DNA of 248,000 bases from Hyalangium minutum (GTDB lineage: Bacteria > Myxococcota > Myxococcia > Myxococcales > Myxococcaceae). The DNA is taken from positions 20,001 to 268,000 of the forward strand of contig NZ_JMCB01000001.1 in the NCBI RefSeq assembly GCF_000737315.1. Reading direction: 5' to 3'. Below the pieces are notes generated by a model, which was given only the letters and a program-made list of their open reading frames with translations, was not told the DNA's origin and ran no database searches. Position numbers and translations under genes: made by a program. This document shows positions 69,873-79,700 of the stretch, piece after piece (position 1 is the stretch's first letter; each line of letters opens with the position of its first letter).

Positions 69873-70817
69873 TCAGAAGGTGGCGCGCAGGGGCAGCGAG
69901 GCCAACGAGCACTCGGGGAGCGCGTAGCGCTGTGTGCCCCCCGTTCCCTGGCTCAGCGAGAGCTGGAGGTGGAGCGCGTCCTCTCCCCGGCGCACCACCG
70001 GCTCCCGCGAGAGCGTGAGCCCGGGAGGCAACTCCACATCGAGGCCACAGCGCTCGGAGGCGCCACGCCCCTCGCGGAAGGGCACCACCTGGAGGCCGCC
70101 CTGGGTGACTCGCTCGACAGCGCCCAGCGGCGTCACGGTCAGCAGCGGGAGGCGCGAAGGGTCCTCGCTCTGGGAGGGCGCCAGGGCCGCCAACATCGCT
70201 CGCGCCAGCCCTTCCTCACCCGAGCGGACGCGGCCAATGTGCTGGTAGCTGCCCTCGGTGGCGTAGGCGAGCTTCCGGAAGATCTCCACACCGTCCGCGC
70301 CCAGCGAGCGGCAGCCAATCGCGTTGATGACGATGCGCTTGCCCACCGCCTCCTCGATAAGCGCCTCAGGCTTGGGCCGATCCGGATAGTCCAGATGAGG
70401 CGGCGCGTCCGCGATGATGAACACCTGGCGTTCAGTGTCCGGGCCCAGGTCCCACTTCAACTCGCGCAGCGCCGCCGTGAGGCCCGCGAGCACATCCTCG
70501 GGCGTATCTCCGCCCCCGTCCGCCGAGAGCGTGGCGAGGAACTGGTAGCTCACGTCTACGTCCTCGCTCAGCGGGGACACCCGCGTCAGGTAGGCATCGC
70601 CCTTGTCCTTGTAGGCCACCACGCCCACGCGGACGCGCTCGTTCGGACGCGCCGTGCGCAGCGCCTCCGTCAGCTCGCGGACACGCTCCTTGGCTTCGCG
70701 GATCTCCCCGGACATGGAGCCCGTGGTGTCCAGCAGGAAGACGAGTTCGAGGTGCGCCCGGGCTGAAACCGGCCAGAGCGAGAGGAGGAGCAGGAAAAGA
70801 AGGATTTGAGGGCGCAT
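69873..70817 (-). CDS. secreted vWA-domain protein
   Basis: FLLDTTGSM; GGGDTPED; IADAPPH. Confidence 0.85.
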   Translation of the reverse strand: MRPQILLFLLLLSLWPVSARAHLELVFLLDTTGSMSGEIREAKERVRELTEALRTARPNERVRVGVVAYKDKGDAYLTRVSPLSEDVDVSYQFLATLSADGGGDTPEDVLAGLTAALRELKWDLGPDTERQVFIIADAPPHLDYPDRPKPEALIEEAVGKRIVINAIGCRSLGADGVEIFRKLAYATEGSYQHIGRVRSGEEGLARAMLAALAPSQSEDPSRLPLLTVTPLGAVERVTQGGLQVVPFREGRGASERCGLDVELPPGLTLSREPVVRRGEDALHLQLSLSQGTGGTQRYALPECSLASLPLRATF

Positions 70818-71006
70818 GGACACAGGGGGCAGGTGTCCATCGGCTAGAGCAGGAACTGGACCAGCGCCCCGGCGCTCGGAGACGCGCGGCTCGTGGTCCT
70901 CGGCCCACACACGCCGTGTCGGGGTGCCCACACGTCCAAGGAGTGCATTTGTGTGTCAGCGCCGCTTGACAGTGTGGATCCCCTCACCTGAGCATCCGAG
71001 ACACCC

Positions 71007-71609
71007 ATGTCCGCGACCGCCCAGAGCGAGCCCGTCGTCTTCAGTCAGTTGTTCGAGGCCCTGGTCATGCACGCCATGCGGGGCAGGTTGGATCCCGACG
71101 CCGTGCGCCGCCTCGAGACCGCCGGGCTCGACCTGAGCCGCCCGCTGCTTGTCGCCTACCCCCTCACCGTCTGGTACGACGTGGTGGGGATCTGCTCGGA
71201 GCTGCTCTTCCCGAACCTGCTTCGCAACGAGGCCACGTACGCCACCGGCAAGAAAACGGCCGAGGGCTACAGCCACACCACCATGGGCAAGGCGCTCTTC
71301 GACGGCCTGCGCAAGCTGGGCTGGCAGCGGGCGCTGAGCCAGCTGGCGCGCTCGCTGAAGACGGGCGGCAACTTCCTGGCGGCGCACTCCCACGAGCTGC
71401 CGGGCGGAGAGCTGGAGATCACCCTCGAGGTTCTCCCCGAGTTCATCCCCGCCCTGGCCGCGCACCCCGGCATCGACGCCAGCTTCATGCGCGGCTTCCT
71501 GGATGCGTCCGCGGAGCTTGTCCGCGGCCCGGCCTCGCCTCGCTTCGCGCTCACGGCGACGGACCCCGCCGCCCGCCGCGCTACCTTCGTGCTTCGCGAG
71601 AAGGCTTGA
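71007..71609 (+). CDS. DUF2378 / TIGR02265 myxobacterial paralogue
   Basis: FEAL...AGLDLSRPLLVAYP pattern. Confidence 0.75.
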   Translation: MSATAQSEPVVFSQLFEALVMHAMRGRLDPDAVRRLETAGLDLSRPLLVAYPLTVWYDVVGICSELLFPNLLRNEATYATGKKTAEGYSHTTMGKALFDGLRKLGWQRALSQLARSLKTGGNFLAAHSHELPGGELEITLEVLPEFIPALAAHPGIDASFMRGFLDASAELVRGPASPRFALTATDPAARRATFVLREKA

Positions 71610-74181
71610 GCCCGCTTCGAGGCAGGTACACGGTGAACGTCGCGCCCTCGCTGGGCTCGCTCCGCACTTCGATGCGGCCTCCCATCAGCCCCAACAGCTC
71701 CCGGGTGATCCACAGCCCCAGCCCCAGCCCTCCGTAGTTCTTCTCGGACACCGCGCGCGCAAAGCGCTCGAAGATGCGCTCATGGTCCTCGGGGGCGATG
71801 CCGATGCCATGGTCCCTCACCCGGATCATCACGTGCTCCGGGGTGGAGAAGATCGCGATCTGGATCGGCTGGCCTGGGCCGTACTTCGACGCGTTGGTGA
71901 GCAGGTTGGTCAGCACCTGCTCCAGCCGCAGCCGATCCCACCACCCCACGAGCGGCCCATCCCACGTGAGTGAGACGGCACAGCCGGCCCGCTCGAGCTC
72001 GGGCATCATCCTCTGGACGGCGTCCTCCACGAAGGCGGTGAGCTCGAACTCCTCCTTGTTCAGCCTCAGCATGTCCCGGGTGAGGCGCCTCACGTCCAGC
72101 AGCTCGTTCATGAGCCGCTTGAGCTGGTTGGCCTGGCTCTGGCACTGGGCAATCCGCCGCCGCAGCGCTTCGGGTGGCTCTTCCAGCCCGCGGCGCTGCA
72201 GATTCGCCAGGCTCAGCAAGAGGGCCGTCAGCGGCGTCTTCAGCTCGTGCCCCGCCACCAGGACGAACTGATCCCGGAGCGCGATGGCCTCCTGCGCCTC
72301 CTGGTAGAGCCGGGCCCGCTCCAGGGCCTGGGCACAGAGCTGGGCCAGCGCGAGCGCGAACGCACGCTCTTCCGGGCTGAAGGTGCGCGCGGTGCCGAAG
72401 CTGAGCACCAGCCCCCCGATCACCCTCCCCTCGACCCACAGGGGCAACGCCATCCAAGCGCCATCGATGATCTCCGGGACCCGCGACACCAGCTCCGGGT
72501 AGCGCTCCCGCATCACCCGCCCGGACTCGACCCAGATCGCCGTCTGCTGCTTCAGCGCGCAAGTGATGGGCGCGTTCATCGTCAAGGGGATGCGTGCGTA
72601 ACGCCGTCTCACCTGGCTGTCATACCCGGAGGCATGGAGCAGCTCGGCCGCCGTGCCGCTGGCGTCCACCCGGTACACCGCCGCAGCCCGCGCGAAGAGC
72701 GTGTCCTTGACCTCGTTCATGACGGCATCGGCGATCTGCGCGGGCAGCAAGGCCATTCCCAGGGACACGGCCACCCGGTGCAGGGCCTCGGTCCGATGCT
72801 CCAGCACCCCCTCGCGCTGACGGATCTCCCGCTCGATCCAGTGCAGCCGCGCGGCATCGAGCGCGGGTGAGGCCAGCACCGCGAGCACCTCCGCGAGCGC
72901 CAGGTCCTCGGCCCCGAGCGGCCCGGTGGGATCCGTCGAGGCAAACCAGAGGCACCCCAGGACATCGCCGTCCCATCTCAGCGGCACCACCAGGAAGTCC
73001 GTGAGCCCGGCCCCCCGCAGCTGGCCCAGGTGCTCCTCATCCAGGGACACGGCCTGGAGCACCAGCTCTGGGGAGCCACTGAGGAGCTGAGCCCGGCCGG
73101 TGTGAAGGGCCCGGGTGAGGATCGGGAAGAGCCGCGCCCAGGGGCCCTGCTCCCCGCCAGGACTGTCCGGGAAGAGCGCCATGCGCTCCAGCCCTTGCCC
73201 CTGAAGGAGCGCCACGCCCCCCCGATCCCCGAGCCACGGGAGCGCCAGCTGCTCGATGCGGCGGAAGAGCTCCCGCGTGTCCAGGCCCTTGGCCAGCGTC
73301 TGCCCCACCCGCGTCACCCAGGCGAGCCGCTCCTCGGCAGTCAGGGTGTGCGCCCGAGGCGTCCGCGTCCGGGAGGACAGTGGCTCCAGCCCCTGTGGCG
73401 AGGCCGGTTTCCCCCGAGTCACGCGGGACGCGCGGCGGCCAAAGCGCGCAGCCGAGAACGCATGCACCACGGCCAATACTGAGCGCACTTGCCCCTCCTG
73501 GTCGAACTCGGGGATCAGCCGCGAGTGCATTCGGGCGGGCTGGGGCTCTCGGCCCTCGCCCATGATGAGGAACCGGAACTCCAGTTCCTGTTGCTCTCCT
73601 CTTCGGAACGCCCGGCGGAATCCCTCGTTCCAGAGCCGGACGAGCTGCGGGGGCATGCCCAGTTCCTCGTTCGTCTTCCCCAGGAAGACCGCCGGGGGAA
73701 TGCCCAAGAGCTGCTCGCAGGAGGGGCTCATGTCGCTGTGGCGCAGTTGGGGATCCAGGCGCGTGATGAGCCGGCCCAGGGCACCGGGCTCCTCGGGCGC
73801 TAGGGAGAAACCAGGCGCTGCGCCATCTCCCTGCGTGATTCCCACCATCTGCCCGAGGAGCCACACCGTTCCCCGCTTCCGGACAGCATCCAGCGAGAGC
73901 TGGAACAGGCGAGGCGCCGCCCTGGCCCCACGGACAAGATACCGGCCCACCGAAGGATGGCCGCGGGTGGCGGCCTGACAGCTCGCGAGAAAACGCTCCT
74001 GGTCCTGCGCGAACAGCGTCTCCCACAGGAAGTGGGAGTCGTCCCACCAACGCGCCAGGGGGAAGCCGAGTGCCTCGGCATGCCCCTTCACGAACCGGCA
74101 CCGCAACGTCTCTGCTTCCGCCTCCCAGCTCACACAAATGGTGTGGGCGGGAAAGCAGCCGACCCTCGGATACTCCGTCAT
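71581..74181 (-). CDS. PAS/GAF sensor histidine kinase
   Basis: AGHELKTPLT, NLLTNASKY, DHGIGI, GLGLGL. Confidence 0.88.
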   Translation of the reverse strand: MTEYPRVGCFPAHTICVSWEAEAETLRCRFVKGHAEALGFPLARWWDDSHFLWETLFAQDQERFLASCQAATRGHPSVGRYLVRGARAAPRLFQLSLDAVRKRGTVWLLGQMVGITQGDGAAPGFSLAPEEPGALGRLITRLDPQLRHSDMSPSCEQLLGIPPAVFLGKTNEELGMPPQLVRLWNEGFRRAFRRGEQQELEFRFLIMGEGREPQPARMHSRLIPEFDQEGQVRSVLAVVHAFSAARFGRRASRVTRGKPASPQGLEPLSSRTRTPRAHTLTAEERLAWVTRVGQTLAKGLDTRELFRRIEQLALPWLGDRGGVALLQGQGLERMALFPDSPGGEQGPWARLFPILTRALHTGRAQLLSGSPELVLQAVSLDEEHLGQLRGAGLTDFLVVPLRWDGDVLGCLWFASTDPTGPLGAEDLALAEVLAVLASPALDAARLHWIEREIRQREGVLEHRTEALHRVAVSLGMALLPAQIADAVMNEVKDTLFARAAAVYRVDASGTAAELLHASGYDSQVRRRYARIPLTMNAPITCALKQQTAIWVESGRVMRERYPELVSRVPEIIDGAWMALPLWVEGRVIGGLVLSFGTARTFSPEERAFALALAQLCAQALERARLYQEAQEAIALRDQFVLVAGHELKTPLTALLLSLANLQRRGLEEPPEALRRRIAQCQSQANQLKRLMNELLDVRRLTRDMLRLNKEEFELTAFVEDAVQRMMPELERAGCAVSLTWDGPLVGWWDRLRLEQVLTNLLTNASKYGPGQPIQIAIFSTPEHVMIRVRDHGIGIAPEDHERIFERFARAVSEKNYGGLGLGLWITRELLGLMGGRIEVRSEPSEGATFTVYLPRSGLKPSREARR

Positions 74182-74328
74182 GTCCCCCCCACAATCCGCT
74201 CTGGGATTTCGTTTGGGATCACTGGGAACTGTTTCGTCCCTCAGTCACTAACACTCCCTTCACCTCACATGTTGATTCACCCTGGGTATTCCCCGAGGGC
74301 AGTGTCCCTGACGCCCCAGGGAGTTGGC

Positions 74329-76701
74329 TTACGGACGCTCGCGAACGACGAGCCGCCGGCGCGAGGAGAGGCCGCGGTCGTCGGTGACGAGGATCTCGTG
74401 GGTGCCCACGGCAGGCGTCCACCACAGGCGCTCGTCGGCCTTCGCCCGGCCGAGGAACTTTCCATTCACGAACCAGGTCAGCTCGCGATCGTGCGCTGTC
74501 TCCGCCTCCAGCGGGACTTCTTGCTGATCCGCGGAGACGCCAGGGATGAGGAGCGCCACCTGGCCCTCGGCGGGCGAGAGGATCTCCGGGGCGTGCTCGG
74601 CCCCACCAGGCTCGCAGCCAGGCGCGTACGCAGGAGGCGTGGGCAGGCTGCGGTGCTGCTCGGTGAGCCACCGGCGGATGCTCGCCGGCCACGTGAGGTA
74701 CACGCGGGACTCGACTTCACGGCCCGCCCGGCACGCGGGGCTCACCGCCAGCCCCGTCTTCGCGTCCACCTCCACCTTCAGGTGGTAGGGACAGGGCTCG
74801 GTGGGCACCGCGGAGCGCCGCGCGTAGACCTCCTTGCGATCCTTGCACGCGTCCGTGGGCAGGTGCCCGGAGTAGGTGCACACCTCCACGAGCGTGAGGT
74901 CCTGCGGCGCCACCGGCTCTTCCTTCACCGAGGCACGTCCGCGCGGGCCCACCGCCTCGAGCAGCTCGAAGAGCAGCGGCCCAGCGGCGTCCGCGCCCAC
75001 GAGGTGCACGCTGGGGGTGTTGTTCATGTTGCCGAGCCACACCACCGCCGTATGCCGGGGCCCCGAGCCCGCCGCCCACGCATCGCGGTGGCCAAAGCTC
75101 GTGCCCGTCTTCCAGTGCACCTGCGCGGGCATGCCGGTGAGCTGACGGCGCGCGGGGAAGTCCGGACGATCTCTCAGGGACAGGGAGCGCCGGGTGAGCC
75201 AAGCCGCACCTGGGGAGAACAGCTCCCGGGGCTCGGGGCGAGGCTTGCCCTCGTCCAGCAACAGCAGCGGGCGCGAGCGTCCTTCCTGCGCGAACGCCAC
75301 GTACAGCCCCGCCAGCTCCAGCGGCGTTACTTCGAGGCCACCCACGGCCGCGGACAGGCCGTAGTAGCCGGGATCGGGCCGCAGGCTGTTCACCCCGGCC
75401 AGACGCAGTGTGCCCAGGAAGCGCTCCACCCCGAGCGACCGCAGCAGGTTCACGAACGGCAGGTTGAGGGACTGAGAGAGGGCGTACTCCATGCGCACCA
75501 CGCCCATGAAGCGCCCGTCGAAGTTGTGCGGCACATAGCCGCCGTAGGACTCGGGAATGTCCGACACGAGGTGCTCGGGCAGCACGAGCCCTCGATCAAT
75601 GCCCATGGCATAGATGAGCGGCTTGAGCGCCGAGCCCGGCGAGCGCGGCGTGTCGAAGCCGGGGATCTGCCCACCGTGCCGGGTGTCGAAGAAGTCGAAG
75701 CTGCCCACCAGCGCGAGCACCTCGGCGCGCTCGTGGTCCACCACCACCGCGGCTCCGTTGTGGATGCCCTTGGTGGCCAGATCTCCCGCCGCGTCGCGCA
75801 TGAGGCGCTCGGCCAGCCGCTGCGTGCCCGCGTCCAGCGTGGTGCGCAGCCGCGTGAGGTCCCCGCGCAGGGCACGCAGGTACATGGCCGCGTGCGGAGC
75901 TTCCCGGGGGAACGGCGTGAGCCCGCGCGGCACGGGCGTGTTGCGGACCTCGGCGAGCACGGCCTCGGAGGAGGCCTTCGCCTCGGCGGGCCCCAGCGGG
76001 AGCGCCAGGTCCTCCAGCAGCCGTCGCGCCACCTCGTCCCGAGCCGCCTTGAGCCGCGCGGCATTCTCCGGCGTGGGGAAGCGCCGGTTCGGGTTCTGGG
76101 GCACCGCGAGCAGTGTGGCGATCTCCGCGGGGCTCAGGTGCGCGGAGCTGTGCCCGAAGTAGGCCAGGGACGCGGCCTCCACGCCCTCCACGTTGCGCCC
76201 GTAGGGGACGAACTGGAGGTAGGCCGAGAGAATGTCGTCCTTGGACAGGCGCAGCTCGAGCTGCACGGCCCGGAAGGACTCGATGAGCTTGGACAGCAGG
76301 GTGCGCGGCCGGGGCTCCAGCACGCGCACCAACTGCATGGTGAGCGTCGAGGCCCCGGACACCCGGCGCCCCTTCGTCACGTTGGACAGCACCGCGCGCA
76401 CCACCGCGAGGGGATCCACGCCGGGGTGCCAGGCGAAGCGCTTGTCCTCCAGCGCGAACAGCGCCCGGAGGTAGGCCGGGTCGATGGCCTGCGGCCTCAG
76501 GGGAATGCGCCACCGCTCATCCGGCGCAAGGAAGACGTGGGCCGGAGTTCCATCCCGGTACTCGATGACCACCGAGTGCGGCGAGGAGAGCCGCTCCGGC
76601 AGAGGCACCCACCACGCCGCCGCCCCCCCTGCCCCGATGAGAGCGAGGAGGAACAGCAGCGCGACGGCCACCCGTCTCCTGGTGATGCGCGGCAGCTTCA
76701 T
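74329..76701 (-). CDS. pbpC: penicillin-binding protein 1C
   Basis: EDKRF, GASTLTMQL, SPGSALKP, KTGTS. Confidence 0.92.
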   Translation of the reverse strand: MKLPRITRRRVAVALLFLLALIGAGGAAAWWVPLPERLSSPHSVVIEYRDGTPAHVFLAPDERWRIPLRPQAIDPAYLRALFALEDKRFAWHPGVDPLAVVRAVLSNVTKGRRVSGASTLTMQLVRVLEPRPRTLLSKLIESFRAVQLELRLSKDDILSAYLQFVPYGRNVEGVEAASLAYFGHSSAHLSPAEIATLLAVPQNPNRRFPTPENAARLKAARDEVARRLLEDLALPLGPAEAKASSEAVLAEVRNTPVPRGLTPFPREAPHAAMYLRALRGDLTRLRTTLDAGTQRLAERLMRDAAGDLATKGIHNGAAVVVDHERAEVLALVGSFDFFDTRHGGQIPGFDTPRSPGSALKPLIYAMGIDRGLVLPEHLVSDIPESYGGYVPHNFDGRFMGVVRMEYALSQSLNLPFVNLLRSLGVERFLGTLRLAGVNSLRPDPGYYGLSAAVGGLEVTPLELAGLYVAFAQEGRSRPLLLLDEGKPRPEPRELFSPGAAWLTRRSLSLRDRPDFPARRQLTGMPAQVHWKTGTSFGHRDAWAAGSGPRHTAVVWLGNMNNTPSVHLVGADAAGPLLFELLEAVGPRGRASVKEEPVAPQDLTLVEVCTYSGHLPTDACKDRKEVYARRSAVPTEPCPYHLKVEVDAKTGLAVSPACRAGREVESRVYLTWPASIRRWLTEQHRSLPTPPAYAPGCEPGGAEHAPEILSPAEGQVALLIPGVSADQQEVPLEAETAHDRELTWFVNGKFLGRAKADERLWWTPAVGTHEILVTDDRGLSSRRRLVVRERP

Positions 76702-76707
76702 GAAGGG

Positions 76708-79700
76708 CTACAGCAGGAAGTCCTTCCAGGGGCCGGAGACCTCGACCTGCTCGCCGGCCTGGCGCGCCCAGATGCGGGGGTCATACATGGCCTCCGCCTC
76801 CACCGGCGGCAGCGTGAACTTGCCCGCCGTCACCGCGCGCACCGCGTAGACCACCTTCTTCGACTCGCCCGCCTGCAGGCTGCCGAAGACCTCCATCCGA
76901 TCGTCCCGGATGTTCACGTAGTCCGCGGTCCAGAGCTGCTCGGAGTCCACCCACTCCACGGCGCCGCCACGGCCCAGGCGGGCGTTCTCGATCTCCCAGC
77001 CGGCGGGGAGCCGATCCACCAGGGCGATGTTCTGGATGCGCTCGCTGGTGGTGTTCTTGAGCTCTACCTCCACATAGAGGAGGTCCGCGAGGTTCACGGC
77101 ATCGCCCGGGCTCACGGTGGAGCCGTCGAGCTTCTTGTACGTGCGGTTGATGGCCAGCCCATTGCCGCCCGTCTTCACGTCGCCGTTGGAGCGCACGCCA
77201 TCGCTGTTGATGATGAGGAAGAGCTTGCCCTCCCCCTTCTCCTTCAGGTCGAGCGTGACGCCCTTGCGCTCGCTGGCGCGGACCAGGGCCCACGTGCGAT
77301 CCGAGGCGCGCACCGTCTTGCCGCCCTCGTTGTTCTTCGGCGCCACCTCCTTGCCGTCCGCCACGAGCGTGGGCGGCGTGAAGCTGGAGGCCGCGCCGGA
77401 GACGCGCTTGCCCAGGCCGGTGATGCTCCAGACCAACTCCTGCGTGGTGTACCAGTAGCTGGAGTGGCCGATGAGCGACTGGGCCACCTGCTGCGCCAGC
77501 GGCTCGCCCGCGGGATCATTGCCGAACAGATCCTGGAAGGTGCTCAGCATGAGGCCCCGGCGGCGGCGATCCGAGTAGAAGGACCAGGTGTTGCGGCGCT
77601 CGTCGGTGACGGGCGACAGGTCCGGGTTCTTCAGATCCTTCTCGTAGCGCCGGTCGCCGGCCATGTAGAGCGCGGCCTTGAGGAGGTGCTCCTCCTCGCG
77701 GGCCTCGCCGTTGAGCGTCTTCTTCTGGGCCAGCTCGTCCACGAGCTTCTGGATGCGCGCCTTGCGGCCCTTGCCTGCCATGGAGAGCACGTAGTGCATG
77801 TAGGCCTCGGCGGACTGGCCGTAGTGGTCATCGCGGCCAGCGTTGCCCTCCTTGCGGTTGAGCTCCGTACCCAGCCAGGAGATCGCATCATCCAAGCGGT
77901 CCTGCGGGACGGGGTACTTGAGCTTTTGGGCGTCCAGCAGCATGTGCGTGGCGTAGGCGGTGCCCCAGGCTACGGGCTCGGCGCTGCCAGGCCAGTAGGC
78001 GAAGCCGCCCGAGGGCGTCTGCATGGAGAGCACGCGGTTGATGCCCGCCATGACCATGTCCTCCACCTTCTTGTCGCCGGTGAGCGAGGGATCCACGTTG
78101 TCAATCAGCTGCGAGACGAACAGCAGCGGCCGCGTGGAGGAGGTCGTCTGCTCGATGCAGCCGTACGGGTAGCGGACGAGGTAGCTCAGGTGCTGCATGG
78201 ACTCGGCGTAGGGATTCGTCGTCACCCAGAACGTGGAGCGCTCGGTGGTGGGCACCCAGCCCTGGAGGTACTGCGCCATGTCCACCTTGCCGGCCTCCAG
78301 CGGGATGCGCTGCACGAGGCGCTCACGCGGCCCCGCGGGCAGCAGCGGCACGTCGAGCTGCTCGAAGGCCGTGAAGCCCCCGGCCTCGGCCGTCACCTTC
78401 AGGCGGGCGGCCCCCACGGACTGGATGGCCTTGGCCTGGAAGACGAGCGTGGTGGCCTTCCCGTTCTCCAGCTTGGTGCGTCCCTCGCTCTTGCCCAGCA
78501 TCTGCAGCGGCGAGCCCATCGAGGCGGCCGGCATGGCCATGCCCGGCACCGGGAGGTTCTCGGCGGTGAGCGTCACCTTCACCTCCTGCGGACCGCCGGA
78601 GAGGTTGGTGAGGAACACGGGGATCTGGATCTCGTCGTTCTGCGTGAGGAAGCGCGGCAGCGTCGTCTGGAGCACGAGCGGATCGCGCACCAGCACCTGG
78701 GCATCCGCGCGGCCCACGCGCTGCGGGCCGGTGGTGATGGCCATGACGCGCACGGCGCCGCGGTACATGGGCAGCTGGAAGGGCACCGTCAGCTTGCCGT
78801 TGGCGGGCACGGGGAGCACGCCGCTCCACAGCGCCACCGGCTTCACCGGCTGCACGCGGCCACCCGCGCCGCTCTCGTCACCACCCGTGGAGCGCGAGTT
78901 GCCGCCCGGGGGCACCAGCAGCGTCCAGCCGATCGTCTCGTACGTCTCCACGCCCAGGGCGCGCTTGGCGAACAGCTCCTTGAGCGGGTCCGGCGTCTTG
79001 AAGCGCGTGAGCGAGAGGATGCCCTCGTCCACCACGGCCACCGTGGCGAAGGTGGGACCCTCCTGCGGGCCCAGCTCCAGGTTCACCGTGAGGGTGCTGT
79101 TGGAGCGGACCTCGGTGGGCGCGCTGAGCTTCACCGTCTGCGTGTAGTCCGTGGGCTCCAGGGGAACGCTCGCCACGCCGAAGGCGCGGTCGGGCATGAA
79201 GGCCTCGGCGGACTCCAGGTGCGGGTCCTTCACCAGGAAGGCGCTCACATAGACGTTGGGCGCGTAGGTCTTCGGCGTGAAGGCCCACGTCACCTCACCG
79301 GGCTCCACGGCCTTCCACTCGGAGGCGATGACCTGATCCGTCTCGGCGGTGAGCAGCACCCGGCCGCGGTAGGGCACCTTGAACTTCACGGCGATGGACT
79401 CGTTGAGCTTGCCCAGCTTGGGCAGCTCCAGGGCGATGGAGGCGGGCTTGAGCGGGCGCGGCGTCTGGTCCACTCGGGCCTCGCCATCGCCGTACCAGTA
79501 GTAGCGGCCGTTGCCCTCCAGGTAGAGGTCCGTCTGCGCCGCGCCGGAGCGCACGCGGACGATGAAGCCCGCCGCATCCTGCGTGGGCGTCACGTCGAGC
79601 TGGAACTTGCCGCCCTGCACCTTGGCGGTGCCACGGCCCTCGCGCACGGGGCGCAGGTAGCGCTGGTAGCGCTCATAGCCCTCGTCCTCGTCGTAGTAGT

